Assembly (NCBI GenBank): GCA_963682135.1
Contig: OY821645.1
Location: 2,432,001 to 2,496,000, forward strand
DNA length: 64,000 bases
Direction of reading: 5' to 3'
Source of the DNA: Methanothrix sp.
GTDB taxonomy: Archaea > Halobacteriota > Methanosarcinia > Methanotrichales > Methanotrichaceae
In this document: in pieces, positions 40,469-50,197 of the stretch
Position numbering within the stretch: the stretch's first letter is position 1
Layout of the letters: each line of letters opens with the position of its first letter
Notes under the pieces: model-generated
What the model saw: only the letters and a program-made list of their open reading frames with translations
What the model was told of the DNA's origin: nothing
Databases searched by the model: none
Translations under genes and position numbers: made by a program

Positions 40469-41707
40469 ATGAGAATTGCCTACTTGAGCCTGGAGTTTCC
40501 GCCCAGGATCTTCGGCGGCCTGGGTGTGTACGTCGATGAAATATCCCGCGAAATGGTCCGCCTGGGTGAGAGTATCTCGGTATTTACCCTGGGAGACGGC
40601 AAACTGAAACGATATCAGGAGATGAACGGGGTCGAAGTATTCAGAATGTATCCCGTTCCCATCCGGGACGGGCTTGATGTATTCTTCTCTATCCAGACTC
40701 TCTCCTGGGGAGAAGGACTGCGTTTCCTTGAGGATCTCATCAGTCTAAACCAGCTGTGTGCGGCAAGCGTTATGGAGAATGGACCTTTCCATCTCTGTGT
40801 AGCCCACGACTGGCTCGGCTTGCTGGGCGCTATGGCTGTTAAGAGGGAAGGAATTCCCATGATCTATCACGTACATGGCCTGGAGATCGGTCGAACGGAT
40901 ACTCCTAATCCGCAGCTCGTGACTCTGGAAAAGATGGGCGCCGAAGTAGCAGATCTGGTCATTACCGTTTCACAGGCCATGAAGCAGCAGTTGGTCGGCC
41001 TGGGAGTCAGCCAGGAAAAGGTTCGCGTCTGCTACCATGGTGTGGACGCCTCATTTTTCAATCCCGACCGGGCAGATGCCAAGCGCTTGGCGGAGTTGAA
41101 GGAGAGATACGGCTTTGCGCCGGATGATCTCATCGTCCTCTTCATGGGTCGGCTGGAGAGTGTAAAAGGGGTTGTACAGCTCTTTTCTGCCATCCCACAG
41201 GTCTTGGCAAAGCATCCCAGGGTGAAGCTGCTGGTAGTGGGCAAAGGCAGCCTGGAGAGCTGGGCGGCATCGGAGGCAAAGCGGCTTGGCTGCGTCACGC
41301 TGGTCACTGATTTTCTGGACGGCGAAGAGAAGATGCTCACTTATGCTCTGGCGGACCTGTGCGTATTTCCCAGCATCTATGAGCCCTTTGGCATAGTCGC
41401 TCTCGAGGCGGCGGCCATGGGCAAGGTGGCAGTAGTGGGCGCCTCCGGCACATCCGGTCTGGCAGAGATTGTGAAGAACCCAGGAGATGAGCGGCCTACG
41501 GGTGTTCATGTCAATGCTCGTGATCCCCAGGATATCGCCTGGGGCATTAATCTCGCCCTGGAGGACATGGACCGCCTAAGATCCTGGGGAGAGAATGCCA
41601 GGGCAAGAGTGCTGGAGGAGTTCACCTGGCAGAAGGCGGCGGAGAGAACCCGGGAGATTTATGAGGAATTGACCGGAAGGGAAGCTGCTGGAAAAAAGGA
41701 AACGTGA
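40469..41707 (+). CDS. GT4-family glycosyltransferase
   Basis: EFPPRIFGGLG, AHDWL, FPSIYEPFGIVALEA. Confidence 0.9.
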   Translation: MRIAYLSLEFPPRIFGGLGVYVDEISREMVRLGESISVFTLGDGKLKRYQEMNGVEVFRMYPVPIRDGLDVFFSIQTLSWGEGLRFLEDLISLNQLCAASVMENGPFHLCVAHDWLGLLGAMAVKREGIPMIYHVHGLEIGRTDTPNPQLVTLEKMGAEVADLVITVSQAMKQQLVGLGVSQEKVRVCYHGVDASFFNPDRADAKRLAELKERYGFAPDDLIVLFMGRLESVKGVVQLFSAIPQVLAKHPRVKLLVVGKGSLESWAASEAKRLGCVTLVTDFLDGEEKMLTYALADLCVFPSIYEPFGIVALEAAAMGKVAVVGASGTSGLAEIVKNPGDERPTGVHVNARDPQDIAWGINLALEDMDRLRSWGENARARVLEEFTWQKAAERTREIYEELTGREAAGKKET

Positions 41708-41711
41708 GGTC

Positions 41712-42707
41712 ATGACGGAGCTAAGGAGACATTATTTCCTGGATGAATACTGCATCATTTCCCCAACGCGCGGGAAGAGGCCGTCTGATTTCCAGATAGA
41801 GAAGGCGGGCCCTGGAGACGAGGCAGCTTGCCCGTTTTGTCCGGGAAACGAGGAGATGACCCCGCCATCTGATGCCGTCTACACCAAGCAAGGGGTATTA
41901 TCTGATGGCCCGGCGAGGATCTCCGGCTGGGAGATGCGTGTCTTTCCCAATGTTTTTGCTGCCATGGTCCCATGCCCTGGGCCCGCCACTACAGAATGGA
42001 TAGCTCTGCCCGGGAAAGGCTTTCACGAGGTGATTGTAGACAGTCCGCGCCACAGAGAAAATCCGGCAGACTTCAGCCAGGAGCACATGGAAAAGCTCAT
42101 CATGGTCTACAAGGATCGCTATGTCCATTACTCGGGAAATGGCCTTGTGAAATATGTATCCATCTTCAAGAATTGGGGCAAGGAGGCGGGAGCATCGTTA
42201 TCTCACAGCCATTCCCAGCTCATCACCCTCCCTATTCTTCCCCCACGGATCAAAAGAGAGCTGGATGTCATCAGCCGTGCTTCGCGCTGTCCGTTCTGCA
42301 ATATCGTAGAGCAAGAGAAGAAGTCATGCCGGCTTGTCGGCGAGAACGAAGACTGGATTCTAATTGCACCCTTCTATTCTCTGGCACCCTATGAGACCTG
42401 GATCTTGCCTAAGAGGCATTTTTCCAACCTGGGAGAGATGCATGAGGCGGAAGGCAAAAGCCTGGCAGCTCTATTAAAGCAGGCCCTGGTGAGCATGCGA
42501 TCCGTCTTGAACGATCCGCCCTCAAACTCCATGATCTTCCAGCTTCCTCTCGGCTATCATCTCAATATCAGAATTCAGCCGGCTATTTCCAGGATCGCGG
42601 GTTTTGAGAGGGGTACCGGTGTTTACATCAACTCCGTTGCCCCGGAGTATGCAGCCGCACAGCTTTCGGCATTAGCAAAAAGTGATCTAATAGCGCCGAA
42701 AAGTTAA
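41712..42707 (+). CDS. galT: Galactose-1-phosphate uridylyltransferase-like (GalT/HIT) protein
   Basis: RGKRP, CPFCPGNE, FKNWGKEAGASLSHSHSQ, GFERGTG. Confidence 0.85.
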   Translation: MTELRRHYFLDEYCIISPTRGKRPSDFQIEKAGPGDEAACPFCPGNEEMTPPSDAVYTKQGVLSDGPARISGWEMRVFPNVFAAMVPCPGPATTEWIALPGKGFHEVIVDSPRHRENPADFSQEHMEKLIMVYKDRYVHYSGNGLVKYVSIFKNWGKEAGASLSHSHSQLITLPILPPRIKRELDVISRASRCPFCNIVEQEKKSCRLVGENEDWILIAPFYSLAPYETWILPKRHFSNLGEMHEAEGKSLAALLKQALVSMRSVLNDPPSNSMIFQLPLGYHLNIRIQPAISRIAGFERGTGVYINSVAPEYAAAQLSALAKSDLIAPKS

Positions 42708-42831
42708 TCAATTATCCGACCCTAATAATCTGTAATTTGCCTATTTCATTCCTAATGTATTTCATGAAGCGTATCGTATGGATGAAAGATCAATAACAAT
42801 AGCTGCAGAGCAAGAAAATACCGGTGAATAG

Positions 42832-44007
42832 ATGCGAATTGGAATGCTCTCCTGGGAGAGTCTATACTCAATAAAGGTCGGCGGGGTGGCCCCCCACGTC
42901 TCGGAGATCTCGGAAGCGCTGGCCAGAAGGGGCCATGAAGTACACATCTTTACGCGCAGAGGTGATTTTGAATCTTATGACAAGATCAACGGCGTCCATT
43001 ACCAAAGGGTCGATGTAGATAGTTCGGGAGATGTTCTGGCTCAGATGAACCGCATGTGTGATGCACTCTATGAGCGCTTCGCAGCAGTGCAAAAGCTCTT
43101 CGGCAAATTCGACATAGTTCATGGTCATGATTGGCATCCGGTGTGCGCGTTGACCCGCATAAAGGAGGACTATGGCTTGCCATTCCTCCTGACCATGCAT
43201 AGCTCGGAATGGGGCCGGAATGGAAATCACTTCGGTTACGGCATATCTCAGGAGATCTCCCATCGTGAGTGGCTGGGCTGTTACGAAGCCTCCCAGGTGA
43301 TTGTGACCACCAGGCGCATGCAAGACGAGCTGATGTGGATATACAGCCTGCCTGAAGACAAAATTCGCATCATACCAAACGGCATCATTATGGGAAAGAT
43401 GAGAAAGGGGCGGGACGCCGGCCGGGTCAAGGAGAAATACGGCATTCACCCCATGTCTCCAATGGTGCTCTTCTGCGGCAGGATGAGCATCCAGAAGGGA
43501 CCGGACCTGCTGGTTGAGGCGGTGCCTCATATCTTGAGAAACAGATCCGATGTTCATTTTGTCTTCATGGGGGAGGGAGGCATGAGGCCGGACTGCGAGA
43601 GGAGGGCTCGCGAGCTTGGTGTAGCGGATGCCTGCCGATTCCTGGGATACACATCCAGCGCCGAGAAAGAGGAACTGGTCAATGCTTGCGATCTGATGTG
43701 CGTTCCCAGCAGGAACGAGCCTTTTGGCGTTGTGGTCCTGGAGGCCTGGGATGCCTGCAAGCCGGTGGTAGCGACGGAGGCGGTGAGCATAATAAACAAT
43801 TTTGAGGACGGTCTCCTGGCCTATATTCAACCGGAGTCCATCGCCTGGTGCATAAACCGGCTGTTGGCCAATCCCGAAGAGATGACGAAGTTAGCCCGAG
43901 CAGGATGCAGCCGGATTGATACCGAGTTTAGCTGGGATCGTATTGCCAAGAGGACGGAAGACGTTTACGAAGAGGCGAGAAGACATAACCAACCGAAAGG
44001 TTCTTGA
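42832..44007 (+). CDS. GT4-family glycosyltransferase
   Basis: SWESLYSIKVGG, HGHDWH, PSRNEPFGVVVLEAW. Confidence 0.9.
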   Translation: MRIGMLSWESLYSIKVGGVAPHVSEISEALARRGHEVHIFTRRGDFESYDKINGVHYQRVDVDSSGDVLAQMNRMCDALYERFAAVQKLFGKFDIVHGHDWHPVCALTRIKEDYGLPFLLTMHSSEWGRNGNHFGYGISQEISHREWLGCYEASQVIVTTRRMQDELMWIYSLPEDKIRIIPNGIIMGKMRKGRDAGRVKEKYGIHPMSPMVLFCGRMSIQKGPDLLVEAVPHILRNRSDVHFVFMGEGGMRPDCERRARELGVADACRFLGYTSSAEKEELVNACDLMCVPSRNEPFGVVVLEAWDACKPVVATEAVSIINNFEDGLLAYIQPESIAWCINRLLANPEEMTKLARAGCSRIDTEFSWDRIAKRTEDVYEEARRHNQPKGS

Positions 44008-44035
44008 AGGGTGAGCAGCACAAGGGGCTCTTGGC

Positions 44036-44109
44036 GCCTCGATAGCTTAGCCCGGTATAGCGCGTCCTTGGTAAGGACGAGGTCGCGGGTTCGAATCCCG
44101 TCCGAGGCT
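44036..44109 (+). tRNA. tRNA-Thr(GGT)
   Basis: GCCTCGATAGCTTAG..CGTCC-TTGGTAA-GGACG..GGTTCGAATCCC..CGAGGC; A7-C66 mismatch. Confidence 0.9.
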
Positions 44110-44154
44110 TTAATTTTTTTTTGTTTTGATTGGCTTTATAGTGGGGGAGTTGAT

Positions 44155-44580
44155 ATGGATAAGAAATGCATATTGATTATTGACGATGATAGAGGCATAC
44201 TCGAGGGCTTCAAGCTAATCTTAGAGCGGAAAGGTTATCTAACTGATACGGCAGAGACCGGCAGTGAAGCCATAGAAAAGGTGCAAAGCAATTATTTTAA
44301 CCTGGCATTAATCGATACCAAGCTTCCTGATATGGATGGTACTGCTCTTCTCTCGGAATTTCGCCAGCTTAATCCGGAGATGAAAAAGATCATCATTACG
44401 GGTTTTTCCACTCGAGAAAATGCCATTCTATGCCTGAACCTGGGGGCAGACGCATATTTAGAAAAGCCTGTAACTCCTGGAAAATTGCTGGAGTTCGTTG
44501 CAGCGAAATTGGCAGAACAGGAATATGAGATCAAGTATCATGAGGATACTGTGAATAAGTTGCTCCAATCTCGCAAGTAA
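44155..44580 (+). CDS. Single-domain response regulator (receiver)
   Basis: ILIIDDD, LIDTKLPDMDG, ITG, KP; ATG 44155 after GGGGGAG (the track start overlaps the tRNA). Confidence 0.9.
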   Translation: MDKKCILIIDDDRGILEGFKLILERKGYLTDTAETGSEAIEKVQSNYFNLALIDTKLPDMDGTALLSEFRQLNPEMKKIIITGFSTRENAILCLNLGADAYLEKPVTPGKLLEFVAAKLAEQEYEIKYHEDTVNKLLQSRK

Positions 44581-44606
44581 TTTTATTAACCTAAATAATA
44601 TACAAA

Positions 44607-44786
44607 TCCTCCGTCAGCCCATAAAGCCGGGACCCCGTCGATCAGCCCGTCCGTGGCCTCGATCTGGCGCAGCAGGGCAGTTTTTTCGTGAGGAGTGCCG
44701 GCTTGGGGGAGCCGCTTGTGCGAGAAGCGAGCAATCTCTGCACCAGGGAGACCATGCGGTCATGACGAGCGATGTCGGCGGGATCC
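44607..44786 (-). repeat. Type IIG R-M 3'-end repeat, copy B1 (distal, truncated)
   Basis: CCGTCAGCCC..TCGATCAGCCCGTCCGTGGCCTCGATC..GGCAGTTTTTTCGTGAGG..CACCAGGGAGACCATGCG core shared with B2-B7. Confidence 0.9.
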
Positions 44787-44844
44787 TCCAATAGTTTAAA
44801 ATTATTTTTTAAGGTAGGATATAACTCTCTCTGCCCTGATCAAA

Positions 44845-46575
44845 CCCAACCTCCCGGATCAAGTAGACACATTAACCGGTCGATCTCAATTATAAAGCTC
44901 CTATTTTGAAAAACAACCCTGACTAAGCCCACTTAGCGAAAGATATTTATACTATATGCGCCTACTATTATTGAGGCGCATAATGCAAACCACTCGACGA
45001 ATCAAAGTGAAAAATGGGATCGAATATTGGTACGAAGAAACACCTTACTATGACAAGGAGAAAAAACAGATCAGACATAAATCAAAATATTTAGGAAGAA
45101 ACGTAGATGGCCAGCCGGTCCGGATGCGTTCCGCCCCTGACGAGGTCAAAGAGAAGACGAAAAAGAAAACAGAGGCGATCAAGTCATCATTTGATTATGG
45201 CTCCATATTCGTTCTTCAGTCAATTATGGAAGAGCTTCATATGGATCGCTATCTGGAAGTTTTGTTGTCTCCTTCGGAAGTGTCCATGGTTCGCGCATTG
45301 GCATTTAACCGGATTATACGACCTACTGCAATGAGGAATGTAGATTCATGGTACGAAGGAACCTCTCTTGCCCTCGAATCTCCGCAAATCAATCTTACCA
45401 GTCAGCGAGTAAGTGAGCTTCTCGGTCGATTGGGTGAAAGCAATATTCCAGACAGATTCATGTCCCAGCTTATCGAAGGAACCGGTACGAAAGACACACT
45501 CATTTACGATATTACGAGCCTGTCAAGTTACTCTCAACTCATCAATATTCTTGAGTACGGGTACAATCGTGATGGCGAGTCTCTTCCGCAAATCAATCTG
45601 TCCCTGATTCTGGATAAGGATAAAGGGATACCCGTGATGTATGACATCTTCCCCGGCAGTATTTCCGATGTCAGTACGCTTTCCGGCACTCTAAAAAAGA
45701 TAAAAGCGCATGGCATCCAAAATTATGTTGCTGTGATGGATTGTGGATTTTTCAGCTTGAGCAACCTTCGCGAGCTGATGACGAATAAAATCTCATTTAT
45801 TATGGCGGCCAGATTGCAGTTGAATGATTTGAAGCACCTGCTGACGGAAGTGCAAAAGGATCTTGATGATGTAAAATATCTCCACAAGTTTAACAAGGAT
45901 CCCATTTTTGCCAAACCAATTTCATATATTATTGATTCAATTGAAATCAGGGGGTATGTTTATTATGATCCCAAATTAGAGCAAACCGAGAAGCAGACAC
46001 TCCTAAGCAGACTCTATGATATTCGTGAAGAGTTGCTCAAGGTGCGCTTGAATAAGAACAGTAACCCCCACGTAGTTTTCAAAGATAAAGCACACGGATT
46101 TGGAAACTTCTTCGACTGGAATGTTATGGATAATCGCTTTGAAGTTACGATAAAACAAAACGCAGTTGCACAAAGAATGAACAAAATGGGCAAGTATATT
46201 ATATTCTACTCAGGAAACTTTGACGAGATGAAGTGCCTTTCTCTCTATCGCGAACGCGATGAAATTGAAAAGAGCTTCAAGGCATTGAAAAGCGAAATTG
46301 ACATCCTTCCATTGAATACTCATGGCGAAGAGACAACAAGAGGATTCATTTTTATCGCTTTCCTGAGTCTGATTATAAGGTCACGACTGATAAATATGAT
46401 GAAGGATGCAGAGATACTAGACAAATATTCTGTTGAACTTCTTCTGCTGCAATTGGAGAAATTAAGAAAAATTGCTCTTGCAGACGGACAGATAATAGTC
46501 ACCGAAATGACAAAAAAACAGAGGGAAATTCTTCAGGCGCTAGACTTGTGCGCCTGAACTTTTCGGGAGGTTGGG
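44845..46575 (+). mobile_element. IS1634-family insertion sequence
   Basis: Perfect 12-bp TIR CCCAACCTCCCG (44845-44856 / 46564-46575) and 6-bp TSD ATCAAA (44839-44844 / 46576-46581). Confidence 0.92.
44956..46557 (+). CDS. IS1634-family DDE transposase (start may be 44983)
   Basis: YDITS, YGYNRD..LPQIN, D.GF, YRERDEIEKSFKALK. Confidence 0.9.
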   Translation: MRLLLLRRIMQTTRRIKVKNGIEYWYEETPYYDKEKKQIRHKSKYLGRNVDGQPVRMRSAPDEVKEKTKKKTEAIKSSFDYGSIFVLQSIMEELHMDRYLEVLLSPSEVSMVRALAFNRIIRPTAMRNVDSWYEGTSLALESPQINLTSQRVSELLGRLGESNIPDRFMSQLIEGTGTKDTLIYDITSLSSYSQLINILEYGYNRDGESLPQINLSLILDKDKGIPVMYDIFPGSISDVSTLSGTLKKIKAHGIQNYVAVMDCGFFSLSNLRELMTNKISFIMAARLQLNDLKHLLTEVQKDLDDVKYLHKFNKDPIFAKPISYIIDSIEIRGYVYYDPKLEQTEKQTLLSRLYDIREELLKVRLNKNSNPHVVFKDKAHGFGNFFDWNVMDNRFEVTIKQNAVAQRMNKMGKYIIFYSGNFDEMKCLSLYRERDEIEKSFKALKSEIDILPLNTHGEETTRGFIFIAFLSLIIRSRLINMMKDAEILDKYSVELLLLQLEKLRKIALADGQIIVTEMTKKQREILQALDLCA

Positions 46576-46900
46576 ATCAAAGCATCCTGAGACATTGAAG
46601 ACAAACCACTGATCGAATCGTCATAATCAGCTCTATTACGATGATTTCGCAAACGCCTTAATTCTAAGGCCAGTTTCCTTCCATTACTTCTTTTGCCCAA
46701 GCAGTAGAGCTGGCTAATGACATAACTATGGACGCTTTCATCGGGAATGATCTTATGCTCCTCATCTCTAAGATGGTTTCTAGCGGTACAAAAGGCCGCG
46801 TAGTATGCCCTGCTGATTGATGAGCGAAGCCTTGCCTCATCTTTCTCGTCGGATGATGCCAGACTTTTTGCCAGGCTCAAGTAGCGACACCATTCGAAGC

Positions 46901-47233
46901 CTATTCGTACTCCACCTGGATGAGCAGCTTAGAGTCTGACGCATCTGAGACATTGAGCAACCAATTATCGTCCAGTTGATCCAATTTATCAATGGCATCT
47001 TGCGGTGATAGATCGGTGCAGATATAGACGACCAACTGTTTGTCGCCGATCTCGTCTGGATCAGTCACTACTTCTAAGAATAGGATCTCTGAAGGGAAAA
47101 AATTTCGTATTCGACTGTAGGCCTCCATTAGCAAAGGCAAAAGATGCGGATTGCTGCCAACAAAGTCGTACACATCTGCCGCGGTCTTCAGTGTATACTT
47201 GTTATTTAGGTGTACCATGTCATGATTTCGCAT
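46901..47233 (-). CDS. Hypothetical partner protein upstream of HEPN (antitoxin-like)
   Basis: ATG 47233 after GAGGAG; directly abuts the HEPN gene. Confidence 0.65.
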   Translation of the reverse strand: MRNHDMVHLNNKYTLKTAADVYDFVGSNPHLLPLLMEAYSRIRNFFPSEILFLEVVTDPDEIGDKQLVVYICTDLSPQDAIDKLDQLDDNWLLNVSDASDSKLLIQVEYE

Positions 47234-47358
47234 GGTATCTCCTCGGTCTCCAACATCCGCCTCAGTGATCATCAGAATTCCTCTTCGTCGGCATGAAATA
47301 AATAGATTTCATCGGCAAATCAGTCTGCCATATCCAGGGTGTCTACCTGGGACTTCCG

Positions 47359-47514
47359 CTTCCCCAATCCCGATCTCCTCTTCCGGCAGACCGTAAAGCT
47401 GGTCTCCCGTCGATCAGCCCGTCCGTGGCCTCGATCCGGCGCTGCATGGCAGTTTTCTCGTGAGGCTTGGCAGCTTCGGGGAGCTGTTTGTGCGAGAGCG
47501 AGCATTTTATCCAC
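47359..47514 (-). repeat. Type IIG R-M 3'-end repeat, copy B2
   Basis: Same core; reads DKMLA.., frameshifted. Confidence 0.9.
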
Positions 47515-47590
47515 TTTGGATTATCATTTTAACGATCGCAAGGTTAAAATTGCTGCAACCCATTAGTAGGAATAGGGGGAATAGTGCACT

Positions 47591-47851
47591 GTGCCGTTTA
47601 CCAAAGTTGATGAAAAAGGCAGAATGGTTCTACCTAATGAAATCAGGCGCAAGATGAAGATCTCACCTGGTGATGAATTTGTTGTGGACGAGGTCGGGCC
47701 GGACACAATTCTAATTAGAAAAGTGGATGTAAGATCCATGATTCATGATGCGATTGAGCGTGCCAAGTCTGTAGACCTCGATAAGCTCCAAAAAGAGATG
47801 GACGAAGAGGGAAACAGAGTTGCCAGAAAGATGTACAAGGTTCTTGATTGA
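47591..47851 (+). CDS. AbrB/MazE-family antitoxin (VapB)
   Basis: TKVDEKGRMVLPNEIRRKMKISPGDEF. Confidence 0.9.
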   Translation: MPFTKVDEKGRMVLPNEIRRKMKISPGDEFVVDEVGPDTILIRKVDVRSMIHDAIERAKSVDLDKLQKEMDEEGNRVARKMYKVLD

Positions 47852-48233
47852 CTCCAATCTATTTATTGCGGCGGTAAAGAGCGGTTGGACGAATAGTTCA
47901 AAGCTTCTCTCTGTCCTCCTGGATGGCTCTTTCGAATTGGTTGCAAACAAATCTTTGTTTGCGGAGTATGAGAAGTATGCTCAGCAACTTGATGCACAAT
48001 ATATCTTCTATTACATGAAAAGCAGGATTATTTTGACTGATCAGTCCGAAAACGAGGTGCAGAGATGCAAGCCATTCTTTCCTGAAAGTCAGGCCGCTGA
48101 TGTGGTTCATGCTGCAACCTGTCTTCATACCGCAGCGGTCTTAATCACAAATGATAAACATTTTGATAAAATAAGAGATGCAGGCCTCATAAGAGTTTGG
48201 AGCATCTCCGAGGCTATTAAGAATCTACTTTGA
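47820..48233 (+). CDS. PIN-domain toxin (VapC); start may be TTG 47844
   Basis: FLIDSNLF, ADVVHAATCL, LITNDKHF. Confidence 0.88.
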   Translation: MPERCTRFLIDSNLFIAAVKSGWTNSSKLLSVLLDGSFELVANKSLFAEYEKYAQQLDAQYIFYYMKSRIILTDQSENEVQRCKPFFPESQAADVVHAATCLHTAAVLITNDKHFDKIRDAGLIRVWSISEAIKNLL

Positions 48234-48265
48234 ATATCTCAAACTGAATTATCTTCAACCATGTT

Positions 48266-48500
48266 CTATCCTGCATCTTCCACAATCCTGATCTCCTCTT
48301 CAGTCAGCCCGTATAGCTCGTAGACCAGCGCGTCGATCTGTCCGTCCGTGGCCTCGATCTGCCGCTGCAGGGCAGTTTTTTCGTGAGGCATGGCAGCTTC
48401 GAGGAGCTGTTTATGCAGGGCGAGCATCTTCTCCACCAGGGAGACAAGCGAATCGTGGCGGGCGACGTCGGCGGGGTCGGAGAAAGCGATGGTGCGGATT
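48266..48500 (-). repeat. Type IIG R-M 3'-end repeat, copy B3 (longest, frame intact)
   Basis: IRTIAFSDPADVARHDSLVSLVEKMLALHKQL..EKTALQRQIEATDGQIDALVYELYGLTEEEIRIVE, the typical C-terminus of Eco57I/TaqI-like fused R-M enzymes. Confidence 0.92.
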
Positions 48501-48578
48501 AGGAAAATTTCTGCTTGAAATATTTCATGGGTCGCGTAGGTCCAGACTGTTGCAGTTCTCGGCAAGTTGGCAAAAGAA

Positions 48579-48872
48579 TTAGATTTTGAGCTTGCCCCTT
48601 GCCTCCAGCAAAGACACTAAACTCTCTGCTGACATAGGACATTCTATCAGATCATCGAGTTCGCGGATCGACTCAAGATGCAACTCTTTTTTCATAGCAT
48701 TCAAGAGTCGATCCTCGTATTCATCCAGGCCGTGACTGATCCAAGTAAATATGCTGGTCTTTTTTCCACTAACATATAATGTATATTTTATATGTTTTGA
48801 TTTGCCTTTTTTTGGAGAGAATCCTTTTTTCGTCAGAGATGCTACGATCTTCCTGGTCTTATACGCTGGCAT
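48579..48872 (-). CDS. HicA-like toxin
   Basis: SLTKKGF..SKHIKY..TWISHG.. dsRBD-like HicA pattern; overlaps the upstream gene. Confidence 0.7.
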   Translation of the reverse strand: MPAYKTRKIVASLTKKGFSPKKGKSKHIKYTLYVSGKKTSIFTWISHGLDEYEDRLLNAMKKELHLESIRELDDLIECPMSAESLVSLLEARGKLKI

Positions 48873-49923
48873 TTGACTTTTCTACTCCAAACGAGGCGAT
48901 CAATTCCTTTCGAAAATCCATAGCATCCCGGCTAAGCAGTTCGAGGCCGGTTTCCACATAATCTTCCCATAGAATTTCTATTTCTTCGTTCAAATCTTCA
49001 ATTGCAGCCTTGAGGGTCGAGCCATATCCTCGCAAATGGAACTTATCATTTGAGACCCAATATTGATCATCCTCGTAGATCACTTCAAGCAAAATAGGCA
49101 CCTTCAAATTCAGCGATCTTCCCTTCATTCTGATCTTATCCAACGGCACCAATTCCAGATACTCGATAGATTTTTCGTTCACCAGGCGGAGGGCATACTT
49201 GCCTCCCTTCTCCAGTGCCATTATGCCTCTAATGAGAACCAAACGACCAATATTTTCAATGATCCTGTCTTCAAGGTCTTGGGCATATGTACAGGTAACT
49301 ACGCCTTCAAAAGTATCTATTTGAAAGCTCCTTCTCTGATCTACCCTCACTTCCATCAGTCGTCCAACAACTGATTTCTCAACGTTTTCCGGCTGCCTGG
49401 AAAGCACATTTCGAAATACATGCTTATGAGATGGCTGCAACCTCATTATGTCATGTTTTCCAAAGCCAAGACCAACATTATATTCAGATTGCTCATCCGG
49501 CCATATCGCATCAAGCTCATGAAGTACTCTAGTAAGCCGATGCTCATTTTTCATAGTCTCTGAAAGCGCGTGGGCAATATCCCTCTCTTGGGAGACGTTG
49601 ACAAGGATTTTATCCGCGATCAAAAGTGCCTTTTCACCATAAGTCACACCGCCGGGAAGACACATCTGCGAATCCGAAATCATCAATTCAGCTTCGACGC
49701 TACCGATATGCATTCCACTGATGACCAGTTCAGCTTTCTCCTTAACACTGTTTGGGAAATCCCCTGCTTTGCGTGTAGGGTTTCCTTCCAGCTCATCAAT
49801 GATATAAAAAAGAATATTCTGCAATCTCTGAAATATTCCTGCTACAAAAAGGGCTGAAATTTGACCATTATTCCTGGTCTTTGACTCAACTAACAATTTT
49901 ATCCGTTTAGTTTCATCGCCCAT
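48859..49923 (-). CDS. 354-aa protein with C-terminal HicB-like domain
   Basis: C-terminal YWVSND..RGYGSTLKAAIEDLNEEI..WEDY resembles the HicB RNase-H-like core. Confidence 0.6.
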   Translation of the reverse strand: MGDETKRIKLLVESKTRNNGQISALFVAGIFQRLQNILFYIIDELEGNPTRKAGDFPNSVKEKAELVISGMHIGSVEAELMISDSQMCLPGGVTYGEKALLIADKILVNVSQERDIAHALSETMKNEHRLTRVLHELDAIWPDEQSEYNVGLGFGKHDIMRLQPSHKHVFRNVLSRQPENVEKSVVGRLMEVRVDQRRSFQIDTFEGVVTCTYAQDLEDRIIENIGRLVLIRGIMALEKGGKYALRLVNEKSIEYLELVPLDKIRMKGRSLNLKVPILLEVIYEDDQYWVSNDKFHLRGYGSTLKAAIEDLNEEIEILWEDYVETGLELLSRDAMDFRKELIASFGVEKSNASV

Positions 49924-50000
49924 AGGTCCACCGTTTATTTATGCCCTTATTTCTACATATCCTTATCGTTTCAGTTTCTGAAAGTTCTTTATTGAAGTTT

Positions 50001-50190
50001 CTACTTGTTCGCCTTCTCCACAATCCCGATCTCCTCTTCCGTCAGCCCGTAAAGCCGGAACCCCGTCGATCAGCCCGTGCGTGGCCTCGATCTGTCGCTC
50101 CAGGGCAGTTTTTTCGTGAGGCGTGGCAGCTTCGGGGAGCTGTTTATGCGAGAAGCGAGCATTCTCTCCACGAGGGAGACCATGCGATAT
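50001..50190 (-). repeat. Type IIG R-M 3'-end repeat, copy B4
   Basis: Same core; ends ..GLTEEEIGIVEKANK*. Confidence 0.9.
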
Positions 50191-50197
50191 GCCATTT

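Larger units (their letters stand above)
44802..46900 (-). pseudogene. HEPN-domain gene interrupted near its 3' end by IS1634
   Basis: SRAYYAAF..H..RNRADY HEPN pattern; removing the IS and one TSD copy restores ..QDALI-RAERVISYLKK* (stop at 44802-44804). Confidence 0.8.

Noticed and set aside
44011-44154. N-terminal extension of the response regulator
   Set aside because: It overlaps tRNA-Thr; ATG 44155 has its own Shine-Dalgarno.
47255-47272. MITEAD peptide resembling the N-terminus missing from the hsdR remnant
   Set aside because: Only six residues, recalled from memory, with no further similarity; the gene more plausibly starts at 47233.
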